Source of the DNA: Thermodesulfobacteriota bacterium
GTDB lineage: Bacteria; Desulfobacterota; Desulfobacteria; Desulfobacterales; Desulfosudaceae
Assembly (NCBI GenBank): GCA_034189225.1
Contig: JAXHVL010000136.1
Location: 6,549 to 70,548 of the forward strand
Direction: 5' to 3'
Length of the DNA: 64,000 nucleotides
The notes below the pieces were generated by a model that made no database searches, was not told where the DNA came from, and worked only from the letters and a program-made list of their open reading frames with translations. This document shows positions 44,130-54,280 of the stretch, one piece after another (position 1 is the stretch's first letter; every line of letters starts with the position of its first letter). The translations under genes and the position numbers were made by a program.

Positions 44130-45974
44130 TTACCGTGCCGGTACGGATTCCGATACCGCCACCTCGTATTCCACGAGGTCCGGCGGCAGCTCGGGGATCA
44201 CAATCATGAACGGCACGTTGGCGCCGGGCTGAACCCCCACATTCTGCTGGTCCATGCCGGCGCGATTGGCCAGGCGGGCCCGGATACTGCCGATATCATT
44301 TTCCGACAGTTCTTCAATTGTCAAAATGTTCCCACAATAGGCCGAAGTGGTGCGTGCCAGATTATGCCCCCGCGAGTACAGGTTTGCCGTCACCTCGATG
44401 AAACTCTTGGGCTCGGATGATTTATTGGTTGCGGTGCCGCTGATAATAAAAAGCTTGCCGGAAATATCGTTCTTTACAAAATCGCTCTGAATACTGCTTT
44501 GGACCACGCTGACATCGGAACCTGAAACAGCCGGCGGGCCCTGTTCGGAACCTGCTATCAATTCTCCGATATAGGGTATTTTTTCAAGGGAAGGCAGGTT
44601 CACCCCCATCCTTCCGGCCAGTATATACCCGCCCACCGCGAGGGCCGCCAGTACAATCAGAACAATAACAATCGAGAGAAAAACCTTTCCAATCTTCTTC
44701 TTTGCCTTCTTTTTCTTATCCTTGCCGGCCTTCGCCGCTTTCTTCTTTTTGGCCTTCTTGTCTTTACCCGCGGCGGTTTCCGCTTCTTCACCGGCTTCAG
44801 CGGCCTCGTCTTCTTTCGAATCGAAGTCCACCTCGATGTCCTCGGCGTCTTCATCCTCGTCCCCGGCCAGCATCTTTTCTATATCCGAAAAATCTTCATC
44901 CTCGGCACCGCCGAGCTCCAGGTCCTCATCCGGGGTTTCATCACTTTCATCATCGGAAAGCTCCAGTTCAAGGTCCTCTGACTCTTCATCATCATCTTCT
45001 TCCGGCTCCAGCAGTTCCATCTCGATGGTCTGCTCCAGATCGGAAAGATCGATTTCCTGCTGCTCCACGCCGTCCTCATCCCCGGCATCGCCAAAATCAA
45101 GCCCATCGGCCGACTCTTCCACGGTATCGGTAAAAGATTCGTCATCGTCGGACTCCAGCAGGCTTTCAACCTCAGAAAAATCAAGCTCATCGTCTTCCTC
45201 ATCATCAAGGCTCAGCTCGAGTTCGTTACTGCCGCCGTCACTTTCCGCCGCTTCATCATCATCCAGGGAGAGCTCCAGATCATCGTCGTCTTCATCCAGG
45301 CTCAGCTCAAAATCATCCTCATCTGTGGCGGGGCCTTCCTGCCCATCGTCGTCGCCATCATCCAGGGATAGTTCCAGATCATCAACACCCGCGTCATCAT
45401 CTTCGTCCAAGGATAATTCCAAATCCTCACCGCCCGGCGCTTCGTCTTCGCCCTCTTCGTCTTCATCCAGGGATAACGCCATATCCTCGTCATCGAAGCT
45501 CAACTCCGGTTCCTCGCCTTCAACGCCGCCGGATTCGTCTTGGTCCGACTCGATTTCTATATCCAGATCATCAGCGCCTTCGGCCGCTTCCCGGTTTTCA
45601 TCCTCGTCAGTTTCATCCTCATCAATAGACAAATCAAGTTCATCCTCGCTCAAATCAAGCGACAGATCATCATTCAGTTCATCTTCGAAATCATCTTCTG
45701 AATCTGCTCCTGAATCTGGCCCGCCTTCCGGCTCACTTTCATCTTCTGCGTCTTGCACTCCAAAGTCCGGTGTTTCCCCGGCTGCCTTGTCTTCTTCATG
45801 TTCACCACCCCCGGTATCCGGCTCAGGCTCAGGTTCGGCCGCCGGTTCCTCAACGGGGGGAAACGCCAGAAAAATATGCTTGCACTTGGAGCACCTGACC
45901 TTGGAACCGCTGGGCTTTAGAAGGGTTTCGTCGAGTCTAAAGCTGATACCGCATTTTTCGCAGGTAATGATCAT
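44130..45974 (-). CDS. MJ0042-type zinc-ribbon protein with a ~370-aa hyper-acidic repeat region, Lys-rich patch, TM helix and C-terminal DUF3426-like domain
   Basis: 614 aa. N-terminus MIITCEKCGISFRLDETLLKPSGSKVRCSKCKHIF (CxxC...CxxC). A D/E-rich region carries at least six (L/F)ELSLD(D/E) units. KDKKAKKKKAAKAGKDKKKKAKKKIGK precedes the TM helix VFLSIVIVLIVLAALAVGGYILA. The C-terminal beta-rich domain is typical of DUF3426. Confidence 0.85.
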   Translation of the reverse strand: MIITCEKCGISFRLDETLLKPSGSKVRCSKCKHIFLAFPPVEEPAAEPEPEPDTGGGEHEEDKAAGETPDFGVQDAEDESEPEGGPDSGADSEDDFEDELNDDLSLDLSEDELDLSIDEDETDEDENREAAEGADDLDIEIESDQDESGGVEGEEPELSFDDEDMALSLDEDEEGEDEAPGGEDLELSLDEDDDAGVDDLELSLDDGDDDGQEGPATDEDDFELSLDEDDDDLELSLDDDEAAESDGGSNELELSLDDEEDDELDFSEVESLLESDDDESFTDTVEESADGLDFGDAGDEDGVEQQEIDLSDLEQTIEMELLEPEEDDDEESEDLELELSDDESDETPDEDLELGGAEDEDFSDIEKMLAGDEDEDAEDIEVDFDSKEDEAAEAGEEAETAAGKDKKAKKKKAAKAGKDKKKKAKKKIGKVFLSIVIVLIVLAALAVGGYILAGRMGVNLPSLEKIPYIGELIAGSEQGPPAVSGSDVSVVQSSIQSDFVKNDISGKLFIISGTATNKSSEPKSFIEVTANLYSRGHNLARTTSAYCGNILTIEELSENDIGSIRARLANRAGMDQQNVGVQPGANVPFMIVIPELPPDLVEYEVAVSESVPAR

Positions 45975-46216
45975 TACATTCCCTCATGAGTTGTTTGGTA
46001 TTGAAGGCAATAAGCTCCTCTGTACTGCCGGCGGCACAGTCACCTGCAACCGGTGCCGCAAGCATGATCAAGCGACTGGGCCGGTCATACAGAGCTTTAT
46101 CGAGCATCAATAGACATCTTTACACTTTGCTCTGGTCACCGCCATTTCGGGCGACTCCGCGAAGTCTATACTCACTTCGTATCGTGAACAAAGCGTTTTG
46201 TCAATATCTTTGCTCT

Positions 46217-46246
46217 ATTATACCCTTACATACCCGTTTCTGCCAA
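46217..46246 (-). promoter_or_regulatory. candidate sigma70-type promoter for the acidic zinc-ribbon gene
   Basis: On the minus strand, TTGGCA (46246-46241), an 18-nt spacer, then TATAAT (46222-46217). It overlaps the 3' end of cbpA and implies a 5' UTR of ~235 nt. Confidence 0.45.
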
Positions 46247-47161
46247 CTCATTTATTAATTTTTTCTGCTTTTCAGTAAGCTTGGCGGGAATATCAACGTG
46301 GATTTCAACATACAGGTCGCCCCTGCCACCGCCTTTCATGTGGGGAATGCCCTGATCGGACAGACGGAGCTTGCTCCGATGCCGGGTGCCGGAAGGTATG
46401 CGAAGGCTCAATTCACCGCCTTCAACCGCCGGAACGGTAACCTTGGCCCCCAGTATCGCATCGGTCAATTTAACATGCCGGGTAACATACAGATCAAACC
46501 CATCCGGTTTGAATACCGGATCATCGAGCACCTTGGACCGGATATAAAGATCGCCGGGCGGTCCGCCGAAACGGCTGGGTTCACCCTTTCCGGTGAGCCG
46601 GATTTTCTTACCGGTGATCATGCCTTTGGGGATTTTCACATTGATCTTTCCGGCTTCGCCACCATGGCCCAGCGACACCTGTTTGGTGGTGCCGGTAACG
46701 ACTTCCTTTACAGTCAGCGGCAGCTCATACACCAGATCGTTGCCCTTGACTGCCTGCTGTTGCTGCCGACCACCGCCAAAGGGCGATCCGCCGTCAAATG
46801 AAAATCGAACGCCGCCGCGGCCGCCGCCACGGCCGCCACCGCCGGTGAAAAAATTGCCGCCGCCGAAACCAAACTCCTTGAGAATATCGGAGAAATCAAA
46901 ATTTTTAAAAATATCTTCCTGGGAATACCGCTGATGAAAGCCGCTTTCCCCGAACTGGTCATATTGTTTTCGCTTTTCCTTATCCTTGAGCACGGCATAG
47001 GCTTCGCTGATTTTCTTAAACTTTTCCTCCGCTTCTTTTTTATCCCCCTTACTATGATCGGGGTGGTATTTCATGGCCAGCTTGCGATAGGCCTTCTTGA
47101 TTTCATCATCCGAAGCGTTTCGGTCGACCCCTAAAATATTGTAATAATCGGTCTCTGCCAT
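46226..47161 (-). CDS. cbpA: DnaJ-class co-chaperone without zinc-finger domain (CbpA-like)
   Basis: 311 aa. J-domain [31 protein letters not shown], a G/F-rich linker and two C-terminal beta-sandwich domains. There is no CxxCxGxG repeat. Confidence 0.9.
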   Translation of the reverse strand: MAETDYYNILGVDRNASDDEIKKAYRKLAMKYHPDHSKGDKKEAEEKFKKISEAYAVLKDKEKRKQYDQFGESGFHQRYSQEDIFKNFDFSDILKEFGFGGGNFFTGGGGRGGGRGGVRFSFDGGSPFGGGRQQQQAVKGNDLVYELPLTVKEVVTGTTKQVSLGHGGEAGKINVKIPKGMITGKKIRLTGKGEPSRFGGPPGDLYIRSKVLDDPVFKPDGFDLYVTRHVKLTDAILGAKVTVPAVEGGELSLRIPSGTRHRSKLRLSDQGIPHMKGGGRGDLYVEIHVDIPAKLTEKQKKLINELAETGM

Positions 47162-47254
47162 TATCCATCACCTCTTAAGAGTTGTGAGTTTTGAAGTTTT
47201 TGATATATCCGTTAAAATAAGCCGGAACCGGGGAAGTGTCAAGGTAAGGGTTCA

Positions 47255-47310
47255 AAATCGAAGTCGAGGTCGAAATCGCTCGCCGGTTCCCACGCAGGAG
47301 CGTGGGAACC
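47255..47310. repeat. short phased repeat (GTCGARR units) plus GGTTCCCACGCAGGAG hairpin
   Basis: AATCGAAGTCGAGGTCGAAATCG is followed by the hairpin GGTTCCCACGCAGGAGCGTGGGAACC. The GGTTCCCACGCAGGAG motif recurs at 34433-34450. Confidence 0.5.
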
Positions 47311-47366
47311 ATAGGGTAAAGTAAATCACCAAACGAATAAGGGGCGGTTTTTTCGGGAGAAAGAAC

Positions 47367-47396
47367 TTGACAAGGCGATGAAGAGGTTGCTAATAT
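47367..47396 (+). promoter_or_regulatory. candidate sigma70-type promoter for grx and the acyl-CoA dehydrogenase genes
   Basis: TTGACA (47367-47372), an 18-nt spacer, then TAATAT (47391-47396). Confidence 0.5.
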
Positions 47397-47475
47397 TGTC
47401 CATCAGTTGATGGAAGCGATAGATGGATACTTATCCACAGCAGCCTTTAAACCGTCCCCAAAATGGAGGATAACA

Positions 47476-47748
47476 ATGACAACAGTCGATATTTACTCTT
47501 CTGCGGGATGCCCCTACTGCGTCAAGGCAAAACAATTACTCGATAAAAAAAACGTCTCCTACAATGAGCTGCGGGTTGACCAGATACCGAGGCTCGCGGA
47601 GGAAGCGGTTCAACGCAGCGGCGGCCGCCGAACCGTGCCACAGATATTTATCAATGAAACGCATGTCGGCGGCTGCGATGAACTTTATTCATTAGAGAAA
47701 GCGGGCCGGCTGGATGGGCTGCTTGGAATGAACCAAAAACCCAATTAA
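47476..47748 (+). CDS. grxC: glutaredoxin (GrxC-like)
   Basis: The start is MTTVDIYSSAGCPYCVKAKQLL (GGAGGATAACA precedes ATG 47476). CPYC active site, TVPQIFI and GGCDEL are present. Confidence 0.9.
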   Translation: MTTVDIYSSAGCPYCVKAKQLLDKKNVSYNELRVDQIPRLAEEAVQRSGGRRTVPQIFINETHVGGCDELYSLEKAGRLDGLLGMNQKPN

Positions 47749-47761
47749 CAGGTGAGGACAC

Positions 47762-48928
47762 ATGGAGTTTACGCTGACAAAATCGCAGAAGGAAATTCAA
47801 AAGGCGGTCCTTGAATTTGCAAAAGGCGAATTTGACAAAGAATTCGGCCTTGATTGCGAACGAAACGGGACCTATCCCACGCAGCTTCTGGAAAAAGCCT
47901 GCGACCTTGGATTCATCGGCATCCATTATCCCGAAGATTATCTGGGCGCCGGATTGGGGCTGTTTGAAAATTGCCTTGTGGCAGAAACCCTTTGCCGAAA
48001 GGACTCCACACTGGGGCTGGCCCTGACATTAACAGCATATGGCGCGGAATGCATTCTGCGCTTCGGCACTGACGACCAGAAAGGGCGTTATCTTCAGAAA
48101 ATAGCTGAAGGAAAGCTGTTCTCCGGTGCCGCATTCACGGATGCCGGTATGGGCTACGATTTCCGGAAACTGGGCACCACTGCCGTCAAAGAGAATGACC
48201 AGTGGGTCATCAACGGCAAAAAATCACTGGTCCTGAATGGCGGCACAGCCGGTGTTTATGTTGTATTGTGCCGTACCGGGGCCGAAGATGAAGCCCCTGA
48301 AAAAAATTTGAGCATGTTCATTGTAGAAGCCGATGCCCCCGGTCTTCTCTGCGAGAATGCCGGCGCAAGGATAAGCTGTAACCCGCTCTCCGCCGCAGAT
48401 CTTACCTTTGCCAATGTGCGTGTGCCGGATACCAACAGACTCGGCGAAATGGGCGGCGGCCATAAAATTCTTCAGCATTTCCTCAGTGAATTCCGGGTGG
48501 TGCTTGCGGCCCAGGCCGTGGGGATCGCCCAGGGAGCCTATGACCGCGCACTGGCCTATTCCCGTGAAAGGGTCCAGTTCGGCAAATCCATCGGCGAATT
48601 TCAGATCATGGCCCATAAACTTGCGGATATGGCCAGGCAGATTGAATATGCCCGAACCCTTACCTGGAAGGCGGCATGGCTTTTCGACAAGGGCGACCTT
48701 GATGCGGCCATGGCGGCCATGGCGGCCATGGCAAAACTGACCGCAACACAGGCGGCGATGCAGGTCACCTACGAGGCGGTTCAGATCCACGGCGGATACG
48801 GGTTTATGACGGAATATGAGGTGGAACATTTTTACCGGGACGCCAAATTCACGGAACTATTCTGCGGCAACAGCAATGCCCAGCGGGATACCATTGCAAG
48901 CTCGATTTTCGGTAAACGGAAATCCTGA
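47762..48928 (+). CDS. acyl-CoA dehydrogenase family protein
   Basis: 388 aa with the ACAD N, middle and C-terminal domain pattern (GAAFTDAGMGYD..., QIHGGYGFMTEYEVEHFYRDAK). Confidence 0.9.
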   Translation: MEFTLTKSQKEIQKAVLEFAKGEFDKEFGLDCERNGTYPTQLLEKACDLGFIGIHYPEDYLGAGLGLFENCLVAETLCRKDSTLGLALTLTAYGAECILRFGTDDQKGRYLQKIAEGKLFSGAAFTDAGMGYDFRKLGTTAVKENDQWVINGKKSLVLNGGTAGVYVVLCRTGAEDEAPEKNLSMFIVEADAPGLLCENAGARISCNPLSAADLTFANVRVPDTNRLGEMGGGHKILQHFLSEFRVVLAAQAVGIAQGAYDRALAYSRERVQFGKSIGEFQIMAHKLADMARQIEYARTLTWKAAWLFDKGDLDAAMAAMAAMAKLTATQAAMQVTYEAVQIHGGYGFMTEYEVEHFYRDAKFTELFCGNSNAQRDTIASSIFGKRKS

Positions 48929-49131
48929 CCGTAATATGGCGAAACCGATTAATTGCAGCGAACATATTATTAAGGAGTGTCCGTCCGGGAATTAGATATT
49001 TTGGTCGAGTTCAAGGAAGGCGAAAATTTTAACCGGAGGAATACTTAGCGTATTTTGAGGATTAAAATTTGAGCCTGACGCAGAAATCGGGCAAAATAGC
49101 AATTCATGGATGGGCACTAAGGAGATGGCAT

Positions 49132-50277
49132 ATGGACATATTACACTACACCGATGCCCATGAGGAATTCCGGCACCGCCTGCGCACCTTCTGCGAAAAC
49201 GAAATCACACCGTTTGTTGATGAGTGGGAAAAAGATCATATTGTTCCAAAGCATGCCTGGAAGCGAATGGGGGAAGAAGGCTTTCTCTGCACTGCCGTTT
49301 CAGAAACATACGGCGGCCAGGGAAAGGATTTCCTCTATTCCGTGATCGTGGCCGAAGAGCTGGCCAGAACAAACCACACCGGCCTGGCTGCCCCTCTTCA
49401 CAGCGACATCGTGGTGCCGTACATCGAGTCCTACGGCTCTGAAGCCATTAAAAAGCGGTTTCTCCCGGGCTGCGTTTCCGGCGATACCATTACAGCGGTG
49501 GCAATGACCGAGCCGGATGCGGGCAGCGACCTGGCCGCCATGACCACCACCGCGGTGGAAGACGGCGACGAAGTGGAGATCAACGGCTCAAAAACCTTTA
49601 TCACAAACGGCATCAATGCGGACCTTGTGGTAGTGGCGGCGGTTGACCCATCGGTGGACAACCCCCACCAGGCCGTCTCCCTCTATCTTGTCAAAGATGG
49701 TACGCCGGGGTTTGAACGGGGCCGGCGGCTGGAAAAAATGGGATTTCACAGCCAGGACACGGCCGAGCTGTTTTTCAATAAATGCCGAATTCCCGTGGAA
49801 AACCGGCTGGGAGAAAAAAACATGGGCTTTATCATGCTCATGGAAAAACTTCAGCAGGAACGTCTGATCTGTGCGGTCATGGCCCAGTTCGCCGTGGAAC
49901 TGATCGTGGAAAAGGTCACCGAATATTTAAAGACGGCAAAGGACGCGGTGGGCAAGCCGCTGTCCAAGTATCAGGCCACAAACTTCGCCCTGGTGGAAAT
50001 GGCGACCGAGGCCAAAATCGGCCGGACCTTCATGGAAAAGCTCGTTGCCGAACATATGGAAGGCAGGGATGTGGTGATGGAGACCTGCATGGCCAAGTAC
50101 TGGCACACCGACCTTACCCAGACCGTTGCCAACCGAGCCCTGGACCTGATCGGCGAAGAGGCGGCGGCCGAACGGAGCCTTATCCTTCGGGGCTGGCGGG
50201 ACCTGCGGGTGCTGCCGATATTTGCCGGCACCAACGAGATCATGAAGATGGTGGTGGGCCGCATGCTGCAACTGTGA
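49132..50277 (+). CDS. acyl-CoA dehydrogenase family protein
   Basis: The start is MDILHYTDAHEEFR (AAGGAG upstream of ATG 49132). ACAD motifs AVAMTEPDAGSDL and RDLRVLPIFAGTNEIM are present. Confidence 0.9.
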   Translation: MDILHYTDAHEEFRHRLRTFCENEITPFVDEWEKDHIVPKHAWKRMGEEGFLCTAVSETYGGQGKDFLYSVIVAEELARTNHTGLAAPLHSDIVVPYIESYGSEAIKKRFLPGCVSGDTITAVAMTEPDAGSDLAAMTTTAVEDGDEVEINGSKTFITNGINADLVVVAAVDPSVDNPHQAVSLYLVKDGTPGFERGRRLEKMGFHSQDTAELFFNKCRIPVENRLGEKNMGFIMLMEKLQQERLICAVMAQFAVELIVEKVTEYLKTAKDAVGKPLSKYQATNFALVEMATEAKIGRTFMEKLVAEHMEGRDVVMETCMAKYWHTDLTQTVANRALDLIGEEAAAERSLILRGWRDLRVLPIFAGTNEIMKMVVGRMLQL

Positions 50278-50279
50278 GG

Positions 50280-50400
50280 GCTTCGTAAAAAGCCCAATAG
50301 CGGCGTTGCGGTGCATCTCTCGTCATGTCACGTACACCCCTGTACGCTCCATTCCTCGAGATGCACCGGCGCCTTGCTCTTGACCTTTTTACTTTGCCCT
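50280..50400. repeat. free-standing copy of the ~130-nt element found inside the two long riboswitches
   Basis: GGGCTTCGTAAAAAGCCCAATAGCGGCGTTGCGGTGCATCTCTCGTCATGTCACGTACACCCCTGTACGCTCCATTCCTCGAGATGCACCGGCGCCTTGCTCTTGACCTTTTTACTTTGCC. Confidence 0.75.
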
Positions 50401-50444
50401 CAATAATTTTTTTGAGGCTTTTAGCTTCTCAATGGAGATTGATA

Positions 50445-51593
50445 ATGCTTGAAAACGGCGCTCTTACGGGAATTAAAGTGGTGGACCTGTCCCGACTGCT
50501 GCCGGGACCGTATTGCTCCATGATCCTGGCGGATCACGGGGCACGCGTTATTGCCGTTGAAGACAAGCGGTTTCTGGCCGATGGCCTGTTCCTCAGCACC
50601 GTGAACCGGAACAAGGAGCATATCACGCTTGATCTGAAGTCCGAACAGGGCAAGGCGATTTTTTTCCAGCTGATAGCGGACGCCGATGTCGTGCTGGAAG
50701 GATTCCGGCCCGGCGTGGTCGAAAAACTGGGCGTGGACTACAAGGCCGTATCAGAAAAAAACCCGAAAATTGTTTACTGCTCGGTTTCCGGATACGGTCA
50801 GATCGGCGCCAACCGGGATCGCAGCGGGCACGATGCCAATTACTTGGCCATGGCCGGTGTGCTGGACCTGATCGGCGAAAATAACCGCCAGCCCGTCATT
50901 CCCGGCGTTCAGTTCGCCGATATCGCCGGCGGCGGCATGAACGGGGTCATCGGCATCCTTCTGGCCCTTATGGCCCGGGACAAAACCGGCCGGGGCCAGT
51001 ACATCGATATATCCATGACCGATTCCATGGTCAGCTTCATGCCGGTGGTCCTGTTTCTGGACCAGGAGCTGGGCATGACCCCGGGCCGCGGAAATTCCCT
51101 TCTCTCAGACCGGTATGCGTGCTATACTACCTACCGGACAAAAAATGACCGGTATATCGCCATCGGCGCCCTGGAAAATCGTTTCTGGCAGCGCCTCTGC
51201 GACCATATGGGCGTTCCTGAGTACGGCCCCCTGCAGTTCGATGAACCCCGGCGGGAGGAAATCCTGGATTTCATGCGCCGCCGGTTCCGGGAAAAGCCCC
51301 TTGACCAGTGGGCCGATGAACTGGCTGGTGTGGATACTTGCTGGGCGCCGGTGCAGGGTTTCCGGGAAGTGCTGGATGACCCGTTCTTTGCCGAACGGGA
51401 AATGGTGGTGGAACTGGAAGGCAAAAACGGCAAAACCAGCAAGACCATCGGGGTGCCGGTGAAACTCAGCGACACACCCGGCAGTGTGCGGACCCCGCCG
51501 GACGGGTTCGGCGAAAGCACCACCGCGGTGCTCAGGGAGCTGGGATATACCGGGGAACAGATACAACAATTTTCAGACAACGGAGTTATATGA
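50445..51593 (+). CDS. family III CoA-transferase (CaiB/BaiF / alpha-methylacyl-CoA racemase-like)
   Basis: The start is MLENGALTGIKVVDLSRLLPGPYCSMILADHGARVI (GGAG upstream of ATG 50445). This is the hallmark N-terminal motif of family III CoA-transferases. Confidence 0.9.
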   Translation: MLENGALTGIKVVDLSRLLPGPYCSMILADHGARVIAVEDKRFLADGLFLSTVNRNKEHITLDLKSEQGKAIFFQLIADADVVLEGFRPGVVEKLGVDYKAVSEKNPKIVYCSVSGYGQIGANRDRSGHDANYLAMAGVLDLIGENNRQPVIPGVQFADIAGGGMNGVIGILLALMARDKTGRGQYIDISMTDSMVSFMPVVLFLDQELGMTPGRGNSLLSDRYACYTTYRTKNDRYIAIGALENRFWQRLCDHMGVPEYGPLQFDEPRREEILDFMRRRFREKPLDQWADELAGVDTCWAPVQGFREVLDDPFFAEREMVVELEGKNGKTSKTIGVPVKLSDTPGSVRTPPDGFGESTTAVLRELGYTGEQIQQFSDNGVI

Positions 51594-52228
51594 TGCATGT
51601 ACTGGCAGAAACCATCGGCTCGTCCATCGGCAAAAAACTGCTGATGGCATTGACCGGTCTGTGTTTCGTGGGCTTTCTCGCCGTTCACCTGGCCGGCAAC
51701 CTGTCGGTTTACGGCGGGGCGGAGATGTTTAACAGTTATGTGGACCACCTTCACGCGCTGGGGGTCCTGATCAATATCGCCGAAATCGGCCTGCTGCTGG
51801 CAGCTGCGATTCATGTAGTCACCGGCACTCTGCTGGTGGTCCAGAATTTCCGGGCACGGCCGTCGCGATACGCGGTCAAGAAAAATGCCGGCGGCCGGAC
51901 CCTGGGATCGGCCACCATGCCCTATACCGGGTTTACCATTCTGGCCTTTGTTATTTTTCACCTGGACGGGTTTCATTTCGTGGGCCACACCAACCAGACC
52001 GTTTTTGATATCATGACAGGTGCCTTTGCCAACCCCCTGGTGGCGGTCATTTATGTGGCAGCGGTGCTGGTGGTGGCCCTGCACATCCGTCACGGGTTCT
52101 GGAGTCTGTTCCAGACCTTCGGCGCCAATCACCCGGTGTATATGCCGATTATTCAGAAAATTGGCATCGCTTTTGCCGTCATCGTCGCGGCCGGCTTCGG
52201 CCTGATCCCGCTTTATCTGCTGATATAG
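51590..52228 (+). CDS. sdhC: succinate dehydrogenase / fumarate reductase cytochrome b subunit (b558 family)
   Basis: 212 aa with an ATGA overlap with the CoA-transferase stop. Five hydrophobic helices carry conserved His residues (FLAVHLAGN, IHVVTG, FVIFHL, ALHIRHGF). Confidence 0.85.
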   Translation: MMHVLAETIGSSIGKKLLMALTGLCFVGFLAVHLAGNLSVYGGAEMFNSYVDHLHALGVLINIAEIGLLLAAAIHVVTGTLLVVQNFRARPSRYAVKKNAGGRTLGSATMPYTGFTILAFVIFHLDGFHFVGHTNQTVFDIMTGAFANPLVAVIYVAAVLVVALHIRHGFWSLFQTFGANHPVYMPIIQKIGIAFAVIVAAGFGLIPLYLLI

Positions 52229-52246
52229 GAAGAATGCAAATATACA

Positions 52247-52332
52247 ACCACGGAGCACACGGAACGACACGGAAAAGCAGAACATTTTTCAATTTCCGTG
52301 CCTTTCCGTGCCTTTCCGTGTTTTCCGTGGTT
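52247..52332. repeat. phased-repeat hairpin, CACGGAA core type, between sdhC and sdhA
   Basis: ACCACGGAGCACACGGAACGACACGGAAAAGCagaacatttttcaaTTTCCGTGCCTTTCCGTGCCTTTCCGTGTTTTCCGTGGTT. Confidence 0.7.
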
Positions 52333-52366
52333 TAAAACACAGAAGCCCCACAGGAGATATTGATTT

Positions 52367-54280
52367 ATGAAGCTTGACGCAAAAATTCCCGGTGGTCCGC
52401 TGACGGAAAAATGGGACCGCCATCAGTTTGATCTGAAGCTGGTGAACCCGGCCAACAAGCGTAAATTCACCGTCATTGTGGTGGGCACGGGGCTTGCCGG
52501 CGGATCTGCCTCGGCATCCCTGGCCGAACTGGGCTACAATGTCAAAACCTTCTGCATTCAGGACAGTCCCCGCCGCGCCCACAGCATCGCGGCTCAGGGT
52601 GGCATCAATGCCGCCAAGAACTATCAGAACGACGGGGACAGCGAATGGCGGCTGTTCTACGATACCATCAAGGGTGGCGATTTCCGGGCCCGGGAAGGCA
52701 ATGTCTACCGTCTGGCCCAGCTCAGCACCAATATCATTGACCAGTGCGTGGCCCAGGGGGTTCCCTTTGCCCGGGAATACGGCGGTCTGCTGGCCAACCG
52801 GTCCTTTGGCGGCGCTCAGGTATCCAGAACCTTTTATGCCCGAGGCCAGACGGGCCAGCAGCTCCTGCTTGGGGCATACGGGGCCATGTCCCGGCAGATC
52901 AAGGCCGGCAAGGTTACAATGTTCCCCCGCCGGGAAATGCTGGACCTGGTGCTGGTTGACGGCAAAGCCCGCGGCATCACCGCACGAAATATCATCACCG
53001 GCGAGATCGAGTCGCATGCCGCGGATGCGGTGGTGCTTTGCACCGGCGGTTACGGCAACGTGTTTTACCTCTCAACCAACGCCATGGCCAGCAATGTCAC
53101 GGCCGCTTACCGGGCCTATAAAAAGGGGGCGGGGTTTGCCAATCCCTGTTTCACCCAGATACATCCCACCTGCATACCGGTTCACGGCGACTATCAGTCC
53201 AAGCTGACCCTGATGAGCGAAAGCCTTCGCAACGACGGCCGGGTCTGGGTCCCCAAAAAACCCGGCGACACGCGGCCGCCCCGGCAAATTCCCGAGAGTG
53301 AGCGGGACTATTACCTGGAAAATAAATACCCCAGCTTCGGCAATCTGGTGCCACGGGATGTGGCCTCCCGGAACGCCAAGGAACAGTGCGACATGGGCAA
53401 GGGCGTGGGGGAAACCGGTCTGGCGGTCTACCTGGATTTTGCCGATGCCATCAAACGGGACGGCCGGGACGTGATTGAACGCAAATACGGCAACCTCTTT
53501 GCCATGTATGAAAAGATTACCGGCGAAAACCCCTATGAAACGCCCATGATGATCTACCCGGCGGTTCATTACACCATGGGCGGACTGTGGGTGGACTATA
53601 ACCTCATGAGCACGGTGGACGGGCTTTTCGTGCTGGGCGAAGCCAACTTTTCCGACCACGGGGCCAACCGGCTGGGCGCCAGTGCCCTGATGCAGGGACT
53701 GGCAGACGGCTACTTTGTCATTCCTTACACCATGGGCGGATATCTCGCCGGCGCCTCCCTCTCCCCGGTATCCGAAGATGACCCGGCCTTCCGGGAGTCG
53801 GCCGCCCGGGCAAAAGACACAATGGAGACCCTGCTTTCCATCAACGGCAGCCGCACCGTGGATCACTTCCACAGGGAGCTGGGCAAAATCATGTGGGAAC
53901 ACTGCGGCATGGCCCGTACCGACGCAGGGCTTGAAAAAGGCAAATCTCTGGTGGACGGCCTCAAGGCCGAATTCTGGGAGGATGTCAATGTACCGGGCAG
54001 CGCCGAAGACCTGAACCAGTCCCTGGAAAAGGCCGGCCGGGTGGGCGATTTTTTTGAATTCGCCGGCCTGATGATGGACGATGCTCTGGCGCGCCGGGAA
54101 TCCTGCGGCTGTCATCTGAACGAGGCATACCAGACAGAGGAACACGAGGCCAAACGGGACGACGAAAACTGCTGCCACGTGGCCGTGTGGGAGCATGCCG
54201 GCACGGACAAGGCGCCGGTCTTTCACAAGGAGCCCCTTGAATTTGAGAATGTTGAACTGACACAAAGGAGTTACAAGTAA
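52367..54280 (+). CDS. sdhA: succinate dehydrogenase / fumarate reductase flavoprotein subunit
   Basis: 637 aa with AGGAG upstream. FAD-binding [13 protein letters not shown], the covalent-FAD region [15 protein letters not shown] and [10 protein letters not shown] are present. Confidence 0.93.
   Translation: MKLDAKIPGGPLTEKWDRHQFDLKLVNPANKRKFTVIVVGTGLAGGSASASLAELGYNVKTFCIQDSPRRAHSIAAQGGINAAKNYQNDGDSEWRLFYDTIKGGDFRAREGNVYRLAQLSTNIIDQCVAQGVPFAREYGGLLANRSFGGAQVSRTFYARGQTGQQLLLGAYGAMSRQIKAGKVTMFPRREMLDLVLVDGKARGITARNIITGEIESHAADAVVLCTGGYGNVFYLSTNAMASNVTAAYRAYKKGAGFANPCFTQIHPTCIPVHGDYQSKLTLMSESLRNDGRVWVPKKPGDTRPPRQIPESERDYYLENKYPSFGNLVPRDVASRNAKEQCDMGKGVGETGLAVYLDFADAIKRDGRDVIERKYGNLFAMYEKITGENPYETPMMIYPAVHYTMGGLWVDYNLMSTVDGLFVLGEANFSDHGANRLGASALMQGLADGYFVIPYTMGGYLAGASLSPVSEDDPAFRESAARAKDTMETLLSINGSRTVDHFHRELGKIMWEHCGMARTDAGLEKGKSLVDGLKAEFWEDVNVPGSAEDLNQSLEKAGRVGDFFEFAGLMMDDALARRESCGCHLNEAYQTEEHEAKRDDENCCHVAVWEHAGTDKAPVFHKEPLEFENVELTQRSYK

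Noticed and set aside
44722-46113. A 463-aa Ser-rich ORF on the plus strand.
   Set aside because: It is the antisense reading of the D/E-repeat region of the acidic zinc-ribbon gene (GAx codons read as xTC, giving Ser). It has no start context or domain signal.
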